DNA of 64,000 nucleotides from the IMG/VR virus record IMGVR_UViG_3300028197_000002. One strand, 5' to 3'. The stretch is from a virus (Duplodnaviria; Caudoviricetes). Position 1 is the stretch's first letter, and each line of letters begins with the position of its first letter. Positions 55,327 to 64,000 of the stretch are shown here, piece by piece. A program made the translations under genes and the position numbers. The notes below the pieces were generated by a model that searched no databases, was not told the DNA's origin, and worked only from the letters and a program-made list of their open reading frames with translations.

Positions 55327-56145
55327 TTTTTCGTAATTGTAATTTGTTTTGGCATCAATTAGCTCTATTTCTTCTTTATTTAATATCAACTTCCATTTTT
55401 TTATTGATTCTGCATCTATTTTCCGGTGAGGGTCAGTACCCCCAAGCATTTTTTTGTTAGGCAAACATTCTTCATGTTCAATCTTATGATGATTCAAAAC
55501 TTTTTTTGACCAATTTAATCCTAAGAATTCAAATATTTTTTTAAGTTCAGTAGTAGGACTGCAGACTAGATCTTCATAACAAATAGGAAGAATTTTCCAT
55601 TTGTATTTTTCTATTTCAAAAAAAGACTCATTTTTGTAGTTCCAGTAACATATTCCTTTGAATATATTTTCTAATTTTTTATTTTCATATTTTTTTATTT
55701 CTTCCTCAAACCTTTCTCTGAAAGATCTGTTTTTATCTTTTAGCCATTTGTTTACTGAAGGTACTGTTTCAAAATTTAGGTAGTTTCTTTTTATTTCTTT
55801 GTCGTTTTCGTAACAATCTTTTTGATAGCACCCCAGATTTATCATTGACGCAAGAACCTCTTTTGGATCTCTGAATATAAATATTATTTTATCATTCTCT
55901 TCATGTAATTCTTTTATGCATTCGTACTCGGAAAATAGCTCTGTCCATATGGGGACTTGATATCCTATTATTCCTTCTTTTTTTTGATAGTTTTCTAATA
56001 AAGAGTATGCTTTTCTTTCTCCATAGCATTTTATTTTTGGATGAGAATTTAATATTAATCTCATCATTGTTGTTCCTGATCTTTGACATCCTAGTACAAA
56101 TATCTTGAAGTTTATTTTTCTTTTTTTAAAGATGTCAAATATCAT
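55309..56145 (-). CDS. Sulfotransferase family protein (Sulfotransfer_3-like)
   Basis: GCQRSGTTMMRLILNSHP, IFIFRDP..V.AS, YEDLV..P..EL..IF.FLG and I.KWK motifs. Confidence 0.88.
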   Translation of the reverse strand: MIFDIFKKRKINFKIFVLGCQRSGTTMMRLILNSHPKIKCYGERKAYSLLENYQKKEGIIGYQVPIWTELFSEYECIKELHEENDKIIFIFRDPKEVLASMINLGCYQKDCYENDKEIKRNYLNFETVPSVNKWLKDKNRSFRERFEEEIKKYENKKLENIFKGICYWNYKNESFFEIEKYKWKILPICYEDLVCSPTTELKKIFEFLGLNWSKKVLNHHKIEHEECLPNKKMLGGTDPHRKIDAESIKKWKLILNKEEIELIDAKTNYNYEKLNNYI

Positions 56146-56162
56146 TTTTTTACTACTTTATA

Positions 56163-56620
56163 TTATGAAAGAATATTTTTTCTTAATAGAGTGTGATGAA
56201 AGTAATTACAACTATTGGATGGTTTTTGCATGTTGGTATTCAATTAACTTAAATGTTCCTAATTCAAAAATTTATTTAAATAAAAAAAATAATTGGAAAT
56301 GGACTCAAAAAATTCAAATTAATTACTTAAATAATAATAAAATTAATGATTTTGATTTAGTGTTGTCGCCTTCTACAGTTGCGGTTCGTCCAATAGAAAA
56401 CAATGAAATTACTATATCTTCTTCTAAAAGCAATGTTTTCTCTAATTTTGTTGAATATAAATATGGTTGTGGAAAATTAAAATTAAATTCTTTTATTCCT
56501 CCTTTTGATAATGTTTTGAAAAAAAATTTAAAAGAAGATATGACTGTGAACGAAAAAGCAGTTTTAAATATTTTTCAAAAGTGTTCTAACTTATATAAAG
56601 CTCTGGAGGGTTCGATTTGA
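56163..56620 (+). CDS. Hypothetical protein
   Basis: ORF 56105-56620; the start is uncertain, and 56163 avoids overlap with the divergent gene. Confidence 0.5.
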
Positions 56621-56621
56621 A

Positions 56622-56900
56622 ATGAAAAGGTTTAATTTCGAAGAAGATGAAGAAGATGACGATGAAGAATATTATGAAGATTCGGAAGAAATGAACATGG
56701 ATATGGATTTTGAAGATCATTTATTGGCGATGACTCATTTTCCTATAAGTGATGACTTGCTTCCTTCTGCAATTAAAGTTTGTGAAAAATCTTTATTTTG
56801 GAGATTTAGAAGTTTCAGTTATAAAGTTAAAAAAATTAGAATGGTTTATTTGGCTTTAAAAGATTTTATAGAAGAAGAAAAAAAAACAGGAGAGGTTTAA
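56622..56900 (+). CDS. Hypothetical protein with a highly acidic N-terminus
   Basis: EEDEEDDDEEYYEDSEE tract. Confidence 0.55.
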   Translation: MKRFNFEEDEEDDDEEYYEDSEEMNMDMDFEDHLLAMTHFPISDDLLPSAIKVCEKSLFWRFRSFSYKVKKIRMVYLALKDFIEEEKKTGEV

Positions 56901-57256
56901 TGCCCAGATATGAGTTTACTTGCGAGCAATGCGGAGAGGTTATAGACCTTTTTTGTAGCATGGCCGAGAAAAAAGATGCCGCTAAAAAAATAAAATGCGA
57001 AAAATGTGGTTCCACTGAAATTCAAGAAAATTTTGGATTTCTTTTTAATTTTACCAACCCAGAAGGCACAGATCGTTGGAACAGTGAGTCTACCGGTCAT
57101 GATTATAGATTTAAACATAATTATGAAAAACCCGGAGGTACGGCTGACGAGAGAAAAAATGCACAAAGACATTCTCATGTAGGTAATGATCCATACAGAA
57201 AAATTGATGACATCAATGGTCCCGGTGGAGGGAACGATTTTGGTGAAGTTAAATAA
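56900..57256 (+). CDS. FmdB-family zinc-ribbon protein
   Basis: MPRYEFTCEQCG....L..M.E......CEKCGS pattern. Confidence 0.8.
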   Translation: MPRYEFTCEQCGEVIDLFCSMAEKKDAAKKIKCEKCGSTEIQENFGFLFNFTNPEGTDRWNSESTGHDYRFKHNYEKPGGTADERKNAQRHSHVGNDPYRKIDDINGPGGGNDFGEVK

Positions 57257-57259
57257 CAT

Positions 57260-57288
57260 TTGATTAAAATTTAGCATTTTGATACAAT
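57260..57288 (+). promoter_or_regulatory. Sigma70-type promoter for prkA-yeaH-spoVR
   Basis: TTGATT-N17-TACAAT. Confidence 0.55.
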
Positions 57289-57328
57289 AACAAAACGACT
57301 AGCGATACAAATAAATTAAAGGTTTAAT

Positions 57329-59392
57329 ATGAGCATATTACAAAAATATTCTGACAGATTTAACAAAGATCAATTTGTAAAATTAAATGAAGAAATGTCT
57401 TTTGATGATTATTTGACAAAAGTTAAACAAAACCCTAATTTAGCAAGAACTGCCTATCAATATCTTTATGATATGATATTGTCTAAGGGCACGTCTTCTG
57501 TTCAAAGATTTAAAAAAAAATATGTTCATTATAATTTCTTTGATGATGTAGAAGGTCCTATTTTTGGTTTAGATGAAACTCTTCACCAACTAGTTCAATT
57601 TTTCAAAGGTGCTGCTGGAGGCTATGGTCCTGAAAGAAGAGTTCTTTTGCTGCATGGACCTGTAGGTTCTTCAAAATCAACTATTTTAAAATGCATTAAA
57701 AAAGGCTTGGAAAAATATTCATTGTTGGATGAAGGCGCGTGGTACACATTTAAATGGGTAAACCTTCCAACAGGTAGCGATGATGGGATTTATACATCTA
57801 GTGAAGATGAATCTCCAATGCATGAAAATCCTCTCAAGTTGTTGCCTCCTGACTTAAGAAAAGATTTTCTAGATGAGATCAATTCAGAAAACAATAGATC
57901 TGATGCTGCTTATTCTTTTTCTGTTGATGGCGAATTAGATCCTAGGTCTAAAAAGTTTATGAAAGAACTTCTAATTAGGCATAAGGGAGATTGGGGAGAG
58001 GTTGTAAAAAATCATATAGTTGTGATTAGAAAAACTCACTCAGAAACAGATCGTGTTGGAATTGCAACATTTCAACCAAAAGATGAAAAAAATCAAGATA
58101 GCACAGAGCTTACTGGTGATATTAACTGGGGTAAGCTTCCACATTTCGGAACAGACTCAGATCCAAGAGCTTTTAATTTTGATGGAGAGTTTTGTGTCGG
58201 TAACAGAGGCATTATTGAATTCATAGAAGTTTTGAAACTTGCAAAAGAATTTTTGTATGATCTTTTAGGAGCCTCTCAAGAACGTCAAATTAAACCAAAG
58301 AAGTTTCCTCAAGTTTCTGTAGATACTGTTCTTGTCGGCCACACAAATAATCCAGAGTATGAGAGATTAAAGAGTGATCAAACTATGGAAGCTTTAAGAG
58401 ATAGAACTGTTAAAATAGATGTTCCTTATCTTCTTCGTTGGAGTGATGAATTGAATATATTGGAATATTATTATGGAAAAAATAAAATTAAACAACACAT
58501 AGCTCCTCATACATTAGAGATAGCTGCTCTTTGGTCTGTTCTAACTAGACTTCAAGAAGATAAAGATGGAAAGATTAGTCTTGTTGAAAAAGCCAAACTG
58601 TATGATGGAAGAGCGCTCCCGGGTTGGACTGAAGATTCTGTAAAAGAATTAAGAGATAAGTATACTGAAGAAGGAATGTTTAAAGGAATTAGCTGTCGAT
58701 ATGTCCAAGACAAGATATCTAATTGCCTAAGTTCAGAATACAATTACATAAATTTCTTTATGGTTTTGAATGAATTAAAATCAGGTTTAGATCATCAATC
58801 TTTATTTGATAGCGAAGAGGATAAGTCAAGGTATATTAATTGCATCTCTCTTGCAAAAAATGAATTAGACCAAATTTTAAAGTCGGAAGTTCAAAAGGCT
58901 TTGGTTGGAGACGAGAATGCTATTGAGAGATTGTGTGGAAATTACATAGACAATGTAATGGCCTACATAGAAGGCACAAAGATTAAAAACCCATTTACAG
59001 AGCAAGACCAAGAGCCAGACGAAAGGCTTATGCGTTCCATAGAAGAGAAAATTGATGTTCCTGAAGTTGGAACAGATGATTTTAGAAGGTCTTTAGCAGC
59101 CTTTATTGGAAACTTGGCTCATAGTGGCAAAGAATTCAAATGGGACTCAAACCCTCAACTTAAAAAGGCTCTGGAAGCAAAGTTGTTTGAAGATACAAAA
59201 GATCACATAAAGCTTTCTGCTTTGAGTGTCAAAGGCACAACGGTTGTTGACAAAGAAGTTCAAGAAAAAATAGACGCAGTCAAAAAGAGACTGATTGACA
59301 GCTATGGGTATAACGAACAATCTGCAACAGATGTTTTAGATTATGTGGGTTCCATTTTTGCCCGTGGTGATATGGCTGATGATGAAGAATAG
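57329..59392 (+). CDS. prkA: PrkA/YeaG family AAA+ ATPase ('serine protein kinase')
   Basis: RTAYQYLYDMI, LLHGPVGSSKST, ESPMHENPL, QPKDEKNQDSTELTG, DPRAFNFDG, NRGIIEFIEVLK, EALRDR and DERLMRSIEEKI motifs. Confidence 0.95.
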   Translation: MSILQKYSDRFNKDQFVKLNEEMSFDDYLTKVKQNPNLARTAYQYLYDMILSKGTSSVQRFKKKYVHYNFFDDVEGPIFGLDETLHQLVQFFKGAAGGYGPERRVLLLHGPVGSSKSTILKCIKKGLEKYSLLDEGAWYTFKWVNLPTGSDDGIYTSSEDESPMHENPLKLLPPDLRKDFLDEINSENNRSDAAYSFSVDGELDPRSKKFMKELLIRHKGDWGEVVKNHIVVIRKTHSETDRVGIATFQPKDEKNQDSTELTGDINWGKLPHFGTDSDPRAFNFDGEFCVGNRGIIEFIEVLKLAKEFLYDLLGASQERQIKPKKFPQVSVDTVLVGHTNNPEYERLKSDQTMEALRDRTVKIDVPYLLRWSDELNILEYYYGKNKIKQHIAPHTLEIAALWSVLTRLQEDKDGKISLVEKAKLYDGRALPGWTEDSVKELRDKYTEEGMFKGISCRYVQDKISNCLSSEYNYINFFMVLNELKSGLDHQSLFDSEEDKSRYINCISLAKNELDQILKSEVQKALVGDENAIERLCGNYIDNVMAYIEGTKIKNPFTEQDQEPDERLMRSIEEKIDVPEVGTDDFRRSLAAFIGNLAHSGKEFKWDSNPQLKKALEAKLFEDTKDHIKLSALSVKGTTVVDKEVQEKIDAVKKRLIDSYGYNEQSATDVLDYVGSIFARGDMADDEE

Positions 59393-59395
59393 TAG

Positions 59396-59403
59396 TATAA
59401 ATA
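59396..59403 (+). promoter_or_regulatory. T4-type late promoter-like octamer TATAAATA between prkA and yeaH
   Basis: Exact octamer in a 23-nt gap. Confidence 0.3.
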
Positions 59404-59415
59404 GAGAGAATTTAA

Positions 59416-60594
59416 ATGCCACGTCGAATCGAAGAAGATCACAAAGACTTCCATGATGTATATGCTGGTCGAAAGAGAAAAGAATTAAAAAAATTCATAA
59501 AAAATGGAAGCATATTTAAAAATCGAGGTAAAAATGGAAAGATTGTATTAACAATCCCAAAAATTGACATTCCCCATATTGTTTATGGAAGCGACGGTTC
59601 AGGAGGAATTGGTCGAGGGGAAGGCGAAGAAGGAAAGGTTATTGGAAAAGAGAAGGAAGAAGGAGATGGCAAAGGAAAGGCTGGAAATGAGTCTGGAGAG
59701 GGAATAGACATTGCCGTTGATCTTGAAGAGATTCTTAAGTTTCTTCAAGATGAATTAGATCTTCCTGATATGAAGCCAAAGCCGAGTGATACATATGAAG
59801 ATGTGATAAAAAGATACAATAACATATCTTTAACAGGACCAGAGTCTTTAAGGCATAACGCAAGGACTTTGAGACAAGCTCTCAAAAGACAATGCGCGGA
59901 TGGTTCCATACACAAATTGCATGACATTCCCGGATTCGCCCAGCCTATAAAGTTGATAACGCCTATAAATAGCGACAAAAGATATAGGCAATTCAATGAA
60001 ATAAAAATACCTTCTAGCAATGCTGTTATATTTTTTGCTAGGGATGGGTCTGCTTCTATGGATCAATCCAAGTGTGACATAGTTAGTGATATGTGCTGGT
60101 GGATTGATGTTTGGATAAGAAAGTTCTATGAAAAAGTAGAAAGAGTTTATGTATGGCACGACACAGTGGCAAAAGAGGTTGATGAGAAAAAGTTTTATAA
60201 ATACAGATATGGAGGAGGAACTGTTTGTTCTGAAGCTTTAAAGCTTGTGTCTTCTATGTTTGAAAATAGATTCAATCCTTCAAAGTGGAATATCTATTTA
60301 TTTTATTTTACGGATGGAGATAATTGGTCTGGCGATAATGAAAAATTCATTAAAATGTTGAAAGAAGATTTTAACGTTAATGTCGTCAATATGGTTGGGA
60401 TAACTCAAGTTTTATCTTATAACTATGACAGAAGTCTGAAGCAGGCTGTAGATAAAAATGATTTTAAAAATGTTAAAACAACACAAGTTTCGTATGAACA
60501 AGATCAATACATGAACATATCAGAAGAAGATAGAGATAGGCAAATTAAAGAAGCTGTTGTTGATCTCTTGGGAAAGGAGAAAGTAAATGAGTAA
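59416..60594 (+). CDS. yeaH: YeaH/YhbH (DUF444) vWA-domain protein
   Basis: Gly-rich linker, EL.LP..KPK, MIDAS DGSAS, GGGT..S.AL and FTDGDNW motifs. Confidence 0.93.
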   Translation: MPRRIEEDHKDFHDVYAGRKRKELKKFIKNGSIFKNRGKNGKIVLTIPKIDIPHIVYGSDGSGGIGRGEGEEGKVIGKEKEEGDGKGKAGNESGEGIDIAVDLEEILKFLQDELDLPDMKPKPSDTYEDVIKRYNNISLTGPESLRHNARTLRQALKRQCADGSIHKLHDIPGFAQPIKLITPINSDKRYRQFNEIKIPSSNAVIFFARDGSASMDQSKCDIVSDMCWWIDVWIRKFYEKVERVYVWHDTVAKEVDEKKFYKYRYGGGTVCSEALKLVSSMFENRFNPSKWNIYLFYFTDGDNWSGDNEKFIKMLKEDFNVNVVNMVGITQVLSYNYDRSLKQAVDKNDFKNVKTTQVSYEQDQYMNISEEDRDRQIKEAVVDLLGKEKVNE

Positions 60595-62191
60595 GAAATT
60601 CATGGAAGGTTCTCCTATCTTGATGGGAAATAATACCATACCGGGAGTAGCTATTCCAGATGATCTTCAAAAATTGCTTCCGACGATATATAAAAAAGTA
60701 AGTGAATTTGGTTGCGACTATTATCCAACTGTGGTTGAGATGCTGACCTATGACGAGATAAGTGAAATTGCAGCCTATGGAGGGTTTCCTGTTCGATATC
60801 CACATTGGAAGTGGGGAATGGAGTATGAAGAGCTTCAAAGAGGATATATGTATGGGATGCATAAAATATATGAGTTGGTGATTAACACCAATCCAGTATA
60901 TATTTATTGTTTGGATTCTAATACGTTGGTTGATAATGTCACTGTTGTTGCTCATGCTCTAGGACATGCGGACTTTTTCAAAAATAATATTTATTTTTCT
61001 CAAACTAGTCAGAACATGATGAACCAGTTGGCTAATCACGGAGCTAGGATTAGAAAATATATGAGTCGTTGGGGGAGAGAGAGAGTTACTGAATTTATTG
61101 ATCATGTATTGAGAATAGAAACTTTAATTGATCATTCTAAAGCTTGGCAAAGAAAACAAGTCAAGAATCCAATTATCAAAGATCATAGAGCATATCGTCA
61201 TCCTAAAAGATTGAAATCAAGAGATGATCGTGATTACATGGATGATTATTTGAACCCAAAAGATTGGATTCAAAATCAAAAAGAAAGAATCGAATTTTTA
61301 GACACAGCGGACTATTTAGATATATTTTCAGATCCCACTAAAGATATTATGAGGTTCATAAGAGATTATGCTCCTCTAAAGCCTTGGGAAGCTGATATAG
61401 TTGCAATGCTTTATGACGAAAGCATGTACTTCGCTCCACAGAGACTCACCAAAACTATAAATGAAGGTTGGGCTTCTTACGTTGATTATAACATAATGGC
61501 AAGGCAAGGATTTACTGCTTTAGGCCAAGATCATGATAGTTCTGGAATAATAGAATATTCTCATCACAAAATGGGAGTGTTAGGTGGCAAGTATTCTATG
61601 AATCCTTATAAGCTTGGCTTTTGTTTGTTTTTGGATATTGAAGAAAGATGGAATAAAGGGCAGTTTGGAACGGAATGGGAAAATTGTGAAGATCTTGCTC
61701 AAAAAGAAAATTGGGATAAAAATCTAAATTTAGGTCATGAAAAAGTATTTGAAGTGAGAACATTTCAAAATGATTTGACTTTAATCATGGAATATTTTAC
61801 CCCAGAGTTCTGTGAGAAATATGAATTCTTCGAATGGAAGAAATATCCAAATGGAGAATATAAAATAGAAAATAGAGATTTTAATAAAATTAAAAATAAA
61901 TTAATAAAAAAATACACTAATGGAGGGTTGCCTGATATTTCTCTTGTAGACCACAATCACAAAGGCAAAAAAGTGCTATTTCTAGAGCATCAAGGTGACG
62001 GAAGGCCTTTATATGATCCTTATATACGCCCTGTGATGCAGTCTCTGAGGTATTTGTGGAAGAATGACGTATGTTTGTCTACAAAGGCTTTAGACGACAC
62101 AGAGCTTATTTATAAGTGTATGGGAGATGATTTGGCAATAGATATTGTAGACGGAAGGCAGTATTTCAGTCATTCTGACGTTTTTGAGTAA
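60587..62191 (+). CDS. spoVR: SpoVR/YcgB family protein
   Basis: GFP.RYPHW.WGMEY, KIYELVINTNP, VAHALGHADFFKNN, YF.PQ..TK.INEGWASY and NPYKLG motifs. Confidence 0.95.
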   Translation: MSKKFMEGSPILMGNNTIPGVAIPDDLQKLLPTIYKKVSEFGCDYYPTVVEMLTYDEISEIAAYGGFPVRYPHWKWGMEYEELQRGYMYGMHKIYELVINTNPVYIYCLDSNTLVDNVTVVAHALGHADFFKNNIYFSQTSQNMMNQLANHGARIRKYMSRWGRERVTEFIDHVLRIETLIDHSKAWQRKQVKNPIIKDHRAYRHPKRLKSRDDRDYMDDYLNPKDWIQNQKERIEFLDTADYLDIFSDPTKDIMRFIRDYAPLKPWEADIVAMLYDESMYFAPQRLTKTINEGWASYVDYNIMARQGFTALGQDHDSSGIIEYSHHKMGVLGGKYSMNPYKLGFCLFLDIEERWNKGQFGTEWENCEDLAQKENWDKNLNLGHEKVFEVRTFQNDLTLIMEYFTPEFCEKYEFFEWKKYPNGEYKIENRDFNKIKNKLIKKYTNGGLPDISLVDHNHKGKKVLFLEHQGDGRPLYDPYIRPVMQSLRYLWKNDVCLSTKALDDTELIYKCMGDDLAIDIVDGRQYFSHSDVFE

Positions 62192-62258
62192 AATTGGTTT
62201 ATTTTAGGCTTTTCAAGGGGTAAATACATTGTATTTCCTCTTAAATTCAGGAGCCTAA

Positions 62259-62957
62259 ATGAGCAAGAGTGCAACTCCTAGAAAAGCTGCTGTAGAACAA
62301 CTTATTGGTGATGTTCATGGTTACAATGTAAACCATAGTTCTAGAGAGATATATCTTCATGGTTATTTGTCAGATGATGAGGAGCCGGGAGTTGATTATA
62401 GGATGGCTACAAATTTTATAAAAAATTTGCATATCTTACAATCTCAAAACAATAAGAACATTCTAGTTCACATGCACACTATTGGTGGCTGTTGGAGTGA
62501 TGGAATGGCAATGTATAATTCTATTAGAATGATACAATCTCCTCTGACTATATTAGGCTATGCTCAAGCTTCTTCTATGAGTGGGATTATAATTCAAGCT
62601 GCCGACAAAAGAGTAATAATGCCTGATTGCGAATTTATGATACATCATGGTTCTTTATCTGTTTCTGACAACTCAATGGCGGTTAAATCAGCAGTTGATA
62701 GGAATGAAGTCAACTGCAAAAGAATGCTACAGGTGTTTGCTCAAAGAGCAGTTCATGGGAAATTCTTTAAAGATCGAAGCTATGGAATTAGAAAAGCAAT
62801 GAATGTAATTGATCAGAAAATAAAATCTACATCTGATTGGTACATGGATGCTGAAGAAGCTGTTTACTATGGATTTGCTGATGGCATATTAGGGGAAAAA
62901 GGATTTGAAACTATGGCTAAGATAAGAGCAGGAAGAAAAAAGAAAGATTTCAGTTAA
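62259..62957 (+). CDS. clpP: ClpP-like serine protease subunit
   Basis: REIYL.G, HTIGG, GMAMYNSI, ASSMSGII (Ser), MIHH (His) and DWYMDAEEAVYYGFAD (Asp) motifs. Confidence 0.85.
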   Translation: MSKSATPRKAAVEQLIGDVHGYNVNHSSREIYLHGYLSDDEEPGVDYRMATNFIKNLHILQSQNNKNILVHMHTIGGCWSDGMAMYNSIRMIQSPLTILGYAQASSMSGIIIQAADKRVIMPDCEFMIHHGSLSVSDNSMAVKSAVDRNEVNCKRMLQVFAQRAVHGKFFKDRSYGIRKAMNVIDQKIKSTSDWYMDAEEAVYYGFADGILGEKGFETMAKIRAGRKKKDFS

Positions 62958-62981
62958 GCTTTTGAAGAGGAGGGATGCGAA

Positions 62982-63155
62982 ATGTTTGTTAATTTCTTTT
63001 TGTTTTTGATAATTTTTATTTTTTTATTGGGAGTTTTTTGCATATCTATGAGTCTATTTGTTAAGGATTCAAAACAAAACTTACATTTTAAGATTAAAAA
63101 AAAATCAGAAGTAGACTTGTCACCAATTATTGAAGAGATCGAAGATGATTTCTAG
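62982..63155 (+). CDS. Small membrane protein missed by the track (57 aa, MFVNFFLFLIIFIFLLGVF...)
   Basis: GGAGG upstream, an N-terminal TM helix and a charged tail. Confidence 0.5.
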   Translation: MFVNFFLFLIIFIFLLGVFCISMSLFVKDSKQNLHFKIKKKSEVDLSPIIEEIEDDF

Positions 63156-63188
63156 CAACAATTATTTTTTGTTTTTTAATTTTCATCA

Positions 63189-63217
63189 TTGTAGTCGATC
63201 AGTTTTTCTACTATAAT
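63189..63217 (+). promoter_or_regulatory. Sigma70-type promoter upstream of dnaE
   Basis: TTGTAG-N17-TATAAT. Confidence 0.45.
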
Positions 63218-63261
63218 CATTTATTGAATTTATTTAGAAAGTCAGACCTGAGAATTTAAAA

Positions 63262-64000
63262 ATGAAAATTGTTGGATTTGAACATTTACATTTACACACT
63301 GATTTTTCTGTTTTGGATGGCTATGGAACTGTGCATGAGTATGCAAAAAGAGCAAGAGAGATAAATCAACAGTTCCTTTGCGTGAGTGATCATGGATCTT
63401 TAGGTGCTGTTCCCAGACAAGTGCAGGCTTGCGAAAAGTATGGAGTCAATCCTATATTTGCTTGTGAACTTTATGTAAACCCTCTTCAGCCTGCATCGAA
63501 GTCTCATAAGTCTTCTAAAATTACAGAAGACATGTCTCCAGAAGAAAGAAAGGCATTTAAGAAATCTTATCATTTGCTTGCAATCGCTTATAGTCAGCAA
63601 GGATATGTTAATTTAGTTAATTTATCATCTGCTGCTTGGACTAAGGGTTTTTATTACAAACCTAGAGTTAATCATGAGCTTTTAACTAAGCACAAAGAAG
63701 GTTTGATTTTTACTTCTTGTTGTTACAACTCCGAAATAGGTCAAGCTTTTGATAGGGGTGGTGAAGAAGCAGGTTTCGATGCTGTTGAGAAATACATAGA
63801 TCTTTTCGGTAAAGAAAATTTCTATTTAGAAATGATGCTTTTAGATTTCAACAAGCAAAAGCCATATAATAAATTCATTATAAAGGCTCATGAAAGATAT
63901 GGTTTGAAATTAACATTAGCAAATGACTGTCATTATTGCATGGAAGAAGATAGTAAAATGCAAAGACTTATGCTTATGGTTCAAACTAAAAATACTGTGA
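63262..64000 (+). CDS. dnaE: DNA polymerase III alpha subunit, N-terminal PHP domain (3'-truncated by the window edge; not in the ORF track)
   Basis: Manual translation gives MKIVGFEHLHLHTDFSVLDG...SDHG...PIFACELYV...HLLAIA....GY.NLV.LSS....GFYYKPR...EGLI..SC...FYLEM...LANDCHY. Confidence 0.93.
   Translation, partial: MKIVGFEHLHLHTDFSVLDGYGTVHEYAKRAREINQQFLCVSDHGSLGAVPRQVQACEKYGVNPIFACELYVNPLQPASKSHKSSKITEDMSPEERKAFKKSYHLLAIAYSQQGYVNLVNLSSAAWTKGFYYKPRVNHELLTKHKEGLIFTSCCYNSEIGQAFDRGGEEAGFDAVEKYIDLFGKENFYLEMMLLDFNKQKPYNKFIIKAHERYGLKLTLANDCHYCMEEDSKMQRLMLMVQTKNTV

Noticed and set aside
57329-62191. Interpreting prkA/spoVR as evidence of a sporulating bacterial chromosome
   Set aside because: The trio is widespread in non-sporulating bacteria, and the surrounding genes (tail fibre, gp32-like SSB, UvsY-like, dNMP kinase, gp46/47-like) indicate a phage.
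506-63600. Numerous antisense or out-of-frame ORFs in the track (e.g. 1047-1298, 2322-2672, 7364-7732, 11250-11588, 41252-41575, 53097-53432, 59745-60020, 63400-63600)
   Set aside because: They lie opposite or inside well-supported genes and show no motifs; they are shadow ORFs.
1-64000. CRISPR array, tRNA or rRNA genes
   Set aside because: No regularly spaced repeats or cloverleaf/T-loop (GTTCGA) signatures were seen in the short intergenic gaps. This was a visual scan only; tRNAscan-SE and a CRISPR finder would be definitive.
1-64000. Stop-codon reassignment (alternative genetic code), as in some large phages
   Set aside because: Conserved enzymes are full length under code 11, and TAA, TAG and TGA all terminate genes at the expected positions.

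Overview
This 64-kb window is AT-rich (about 30% GC by eye), densely coding and uses the standard genetic code. It is almost certainly part of a jumbo or huge tailed phage with T4-like features; this is inference, since no capsid or terminase gene is in the window. It opens with the end of a tail-fibre/chaperone module (1-3840). The rest is a replication, recombination and nucleotide-metabolism region: Hjc-type resolvase, dut, nrdAB (class Id-like signature), SbcCD/Mre11-Rad50, two SF2 helicases, a short family-A polymerase, a gp55-sized sigma-2-only protein, guaC, DnaB, UvsY-like, Ogg-type glycosylase, gp32-like SSB, RecA, dNMP kinase, thyA, folA and the start of dnaE. Auxiliary genes are interspersed: map, rpiB, hldE, about 8 glycosyltransferase-like genes, 3 sulfotransferases, a methyltransferase and an amidoligase. 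The main candidates for new biology are: (1) a zinc-ribbon/PrkA/YeaH/SpoVR/ClpP block that may form an AAA+ proteolytic machine; (2) about 10 unrelated proteins sharing an N-terminal M-K-F-x-E-W-L-x-x-E motif that resembles the T4 capsid-targeting sequence; (3) a dispersed heptose/glycosylation/sulfation toolkit; (4) a GC-rich structured element between ssb and recA; (5) a nuclease fused to C2H2 zinc fingers. No tRNA, rRNA, CRISPR array, integrase or intein was seen. All calls come from motif recognition by eye; no searches were run.
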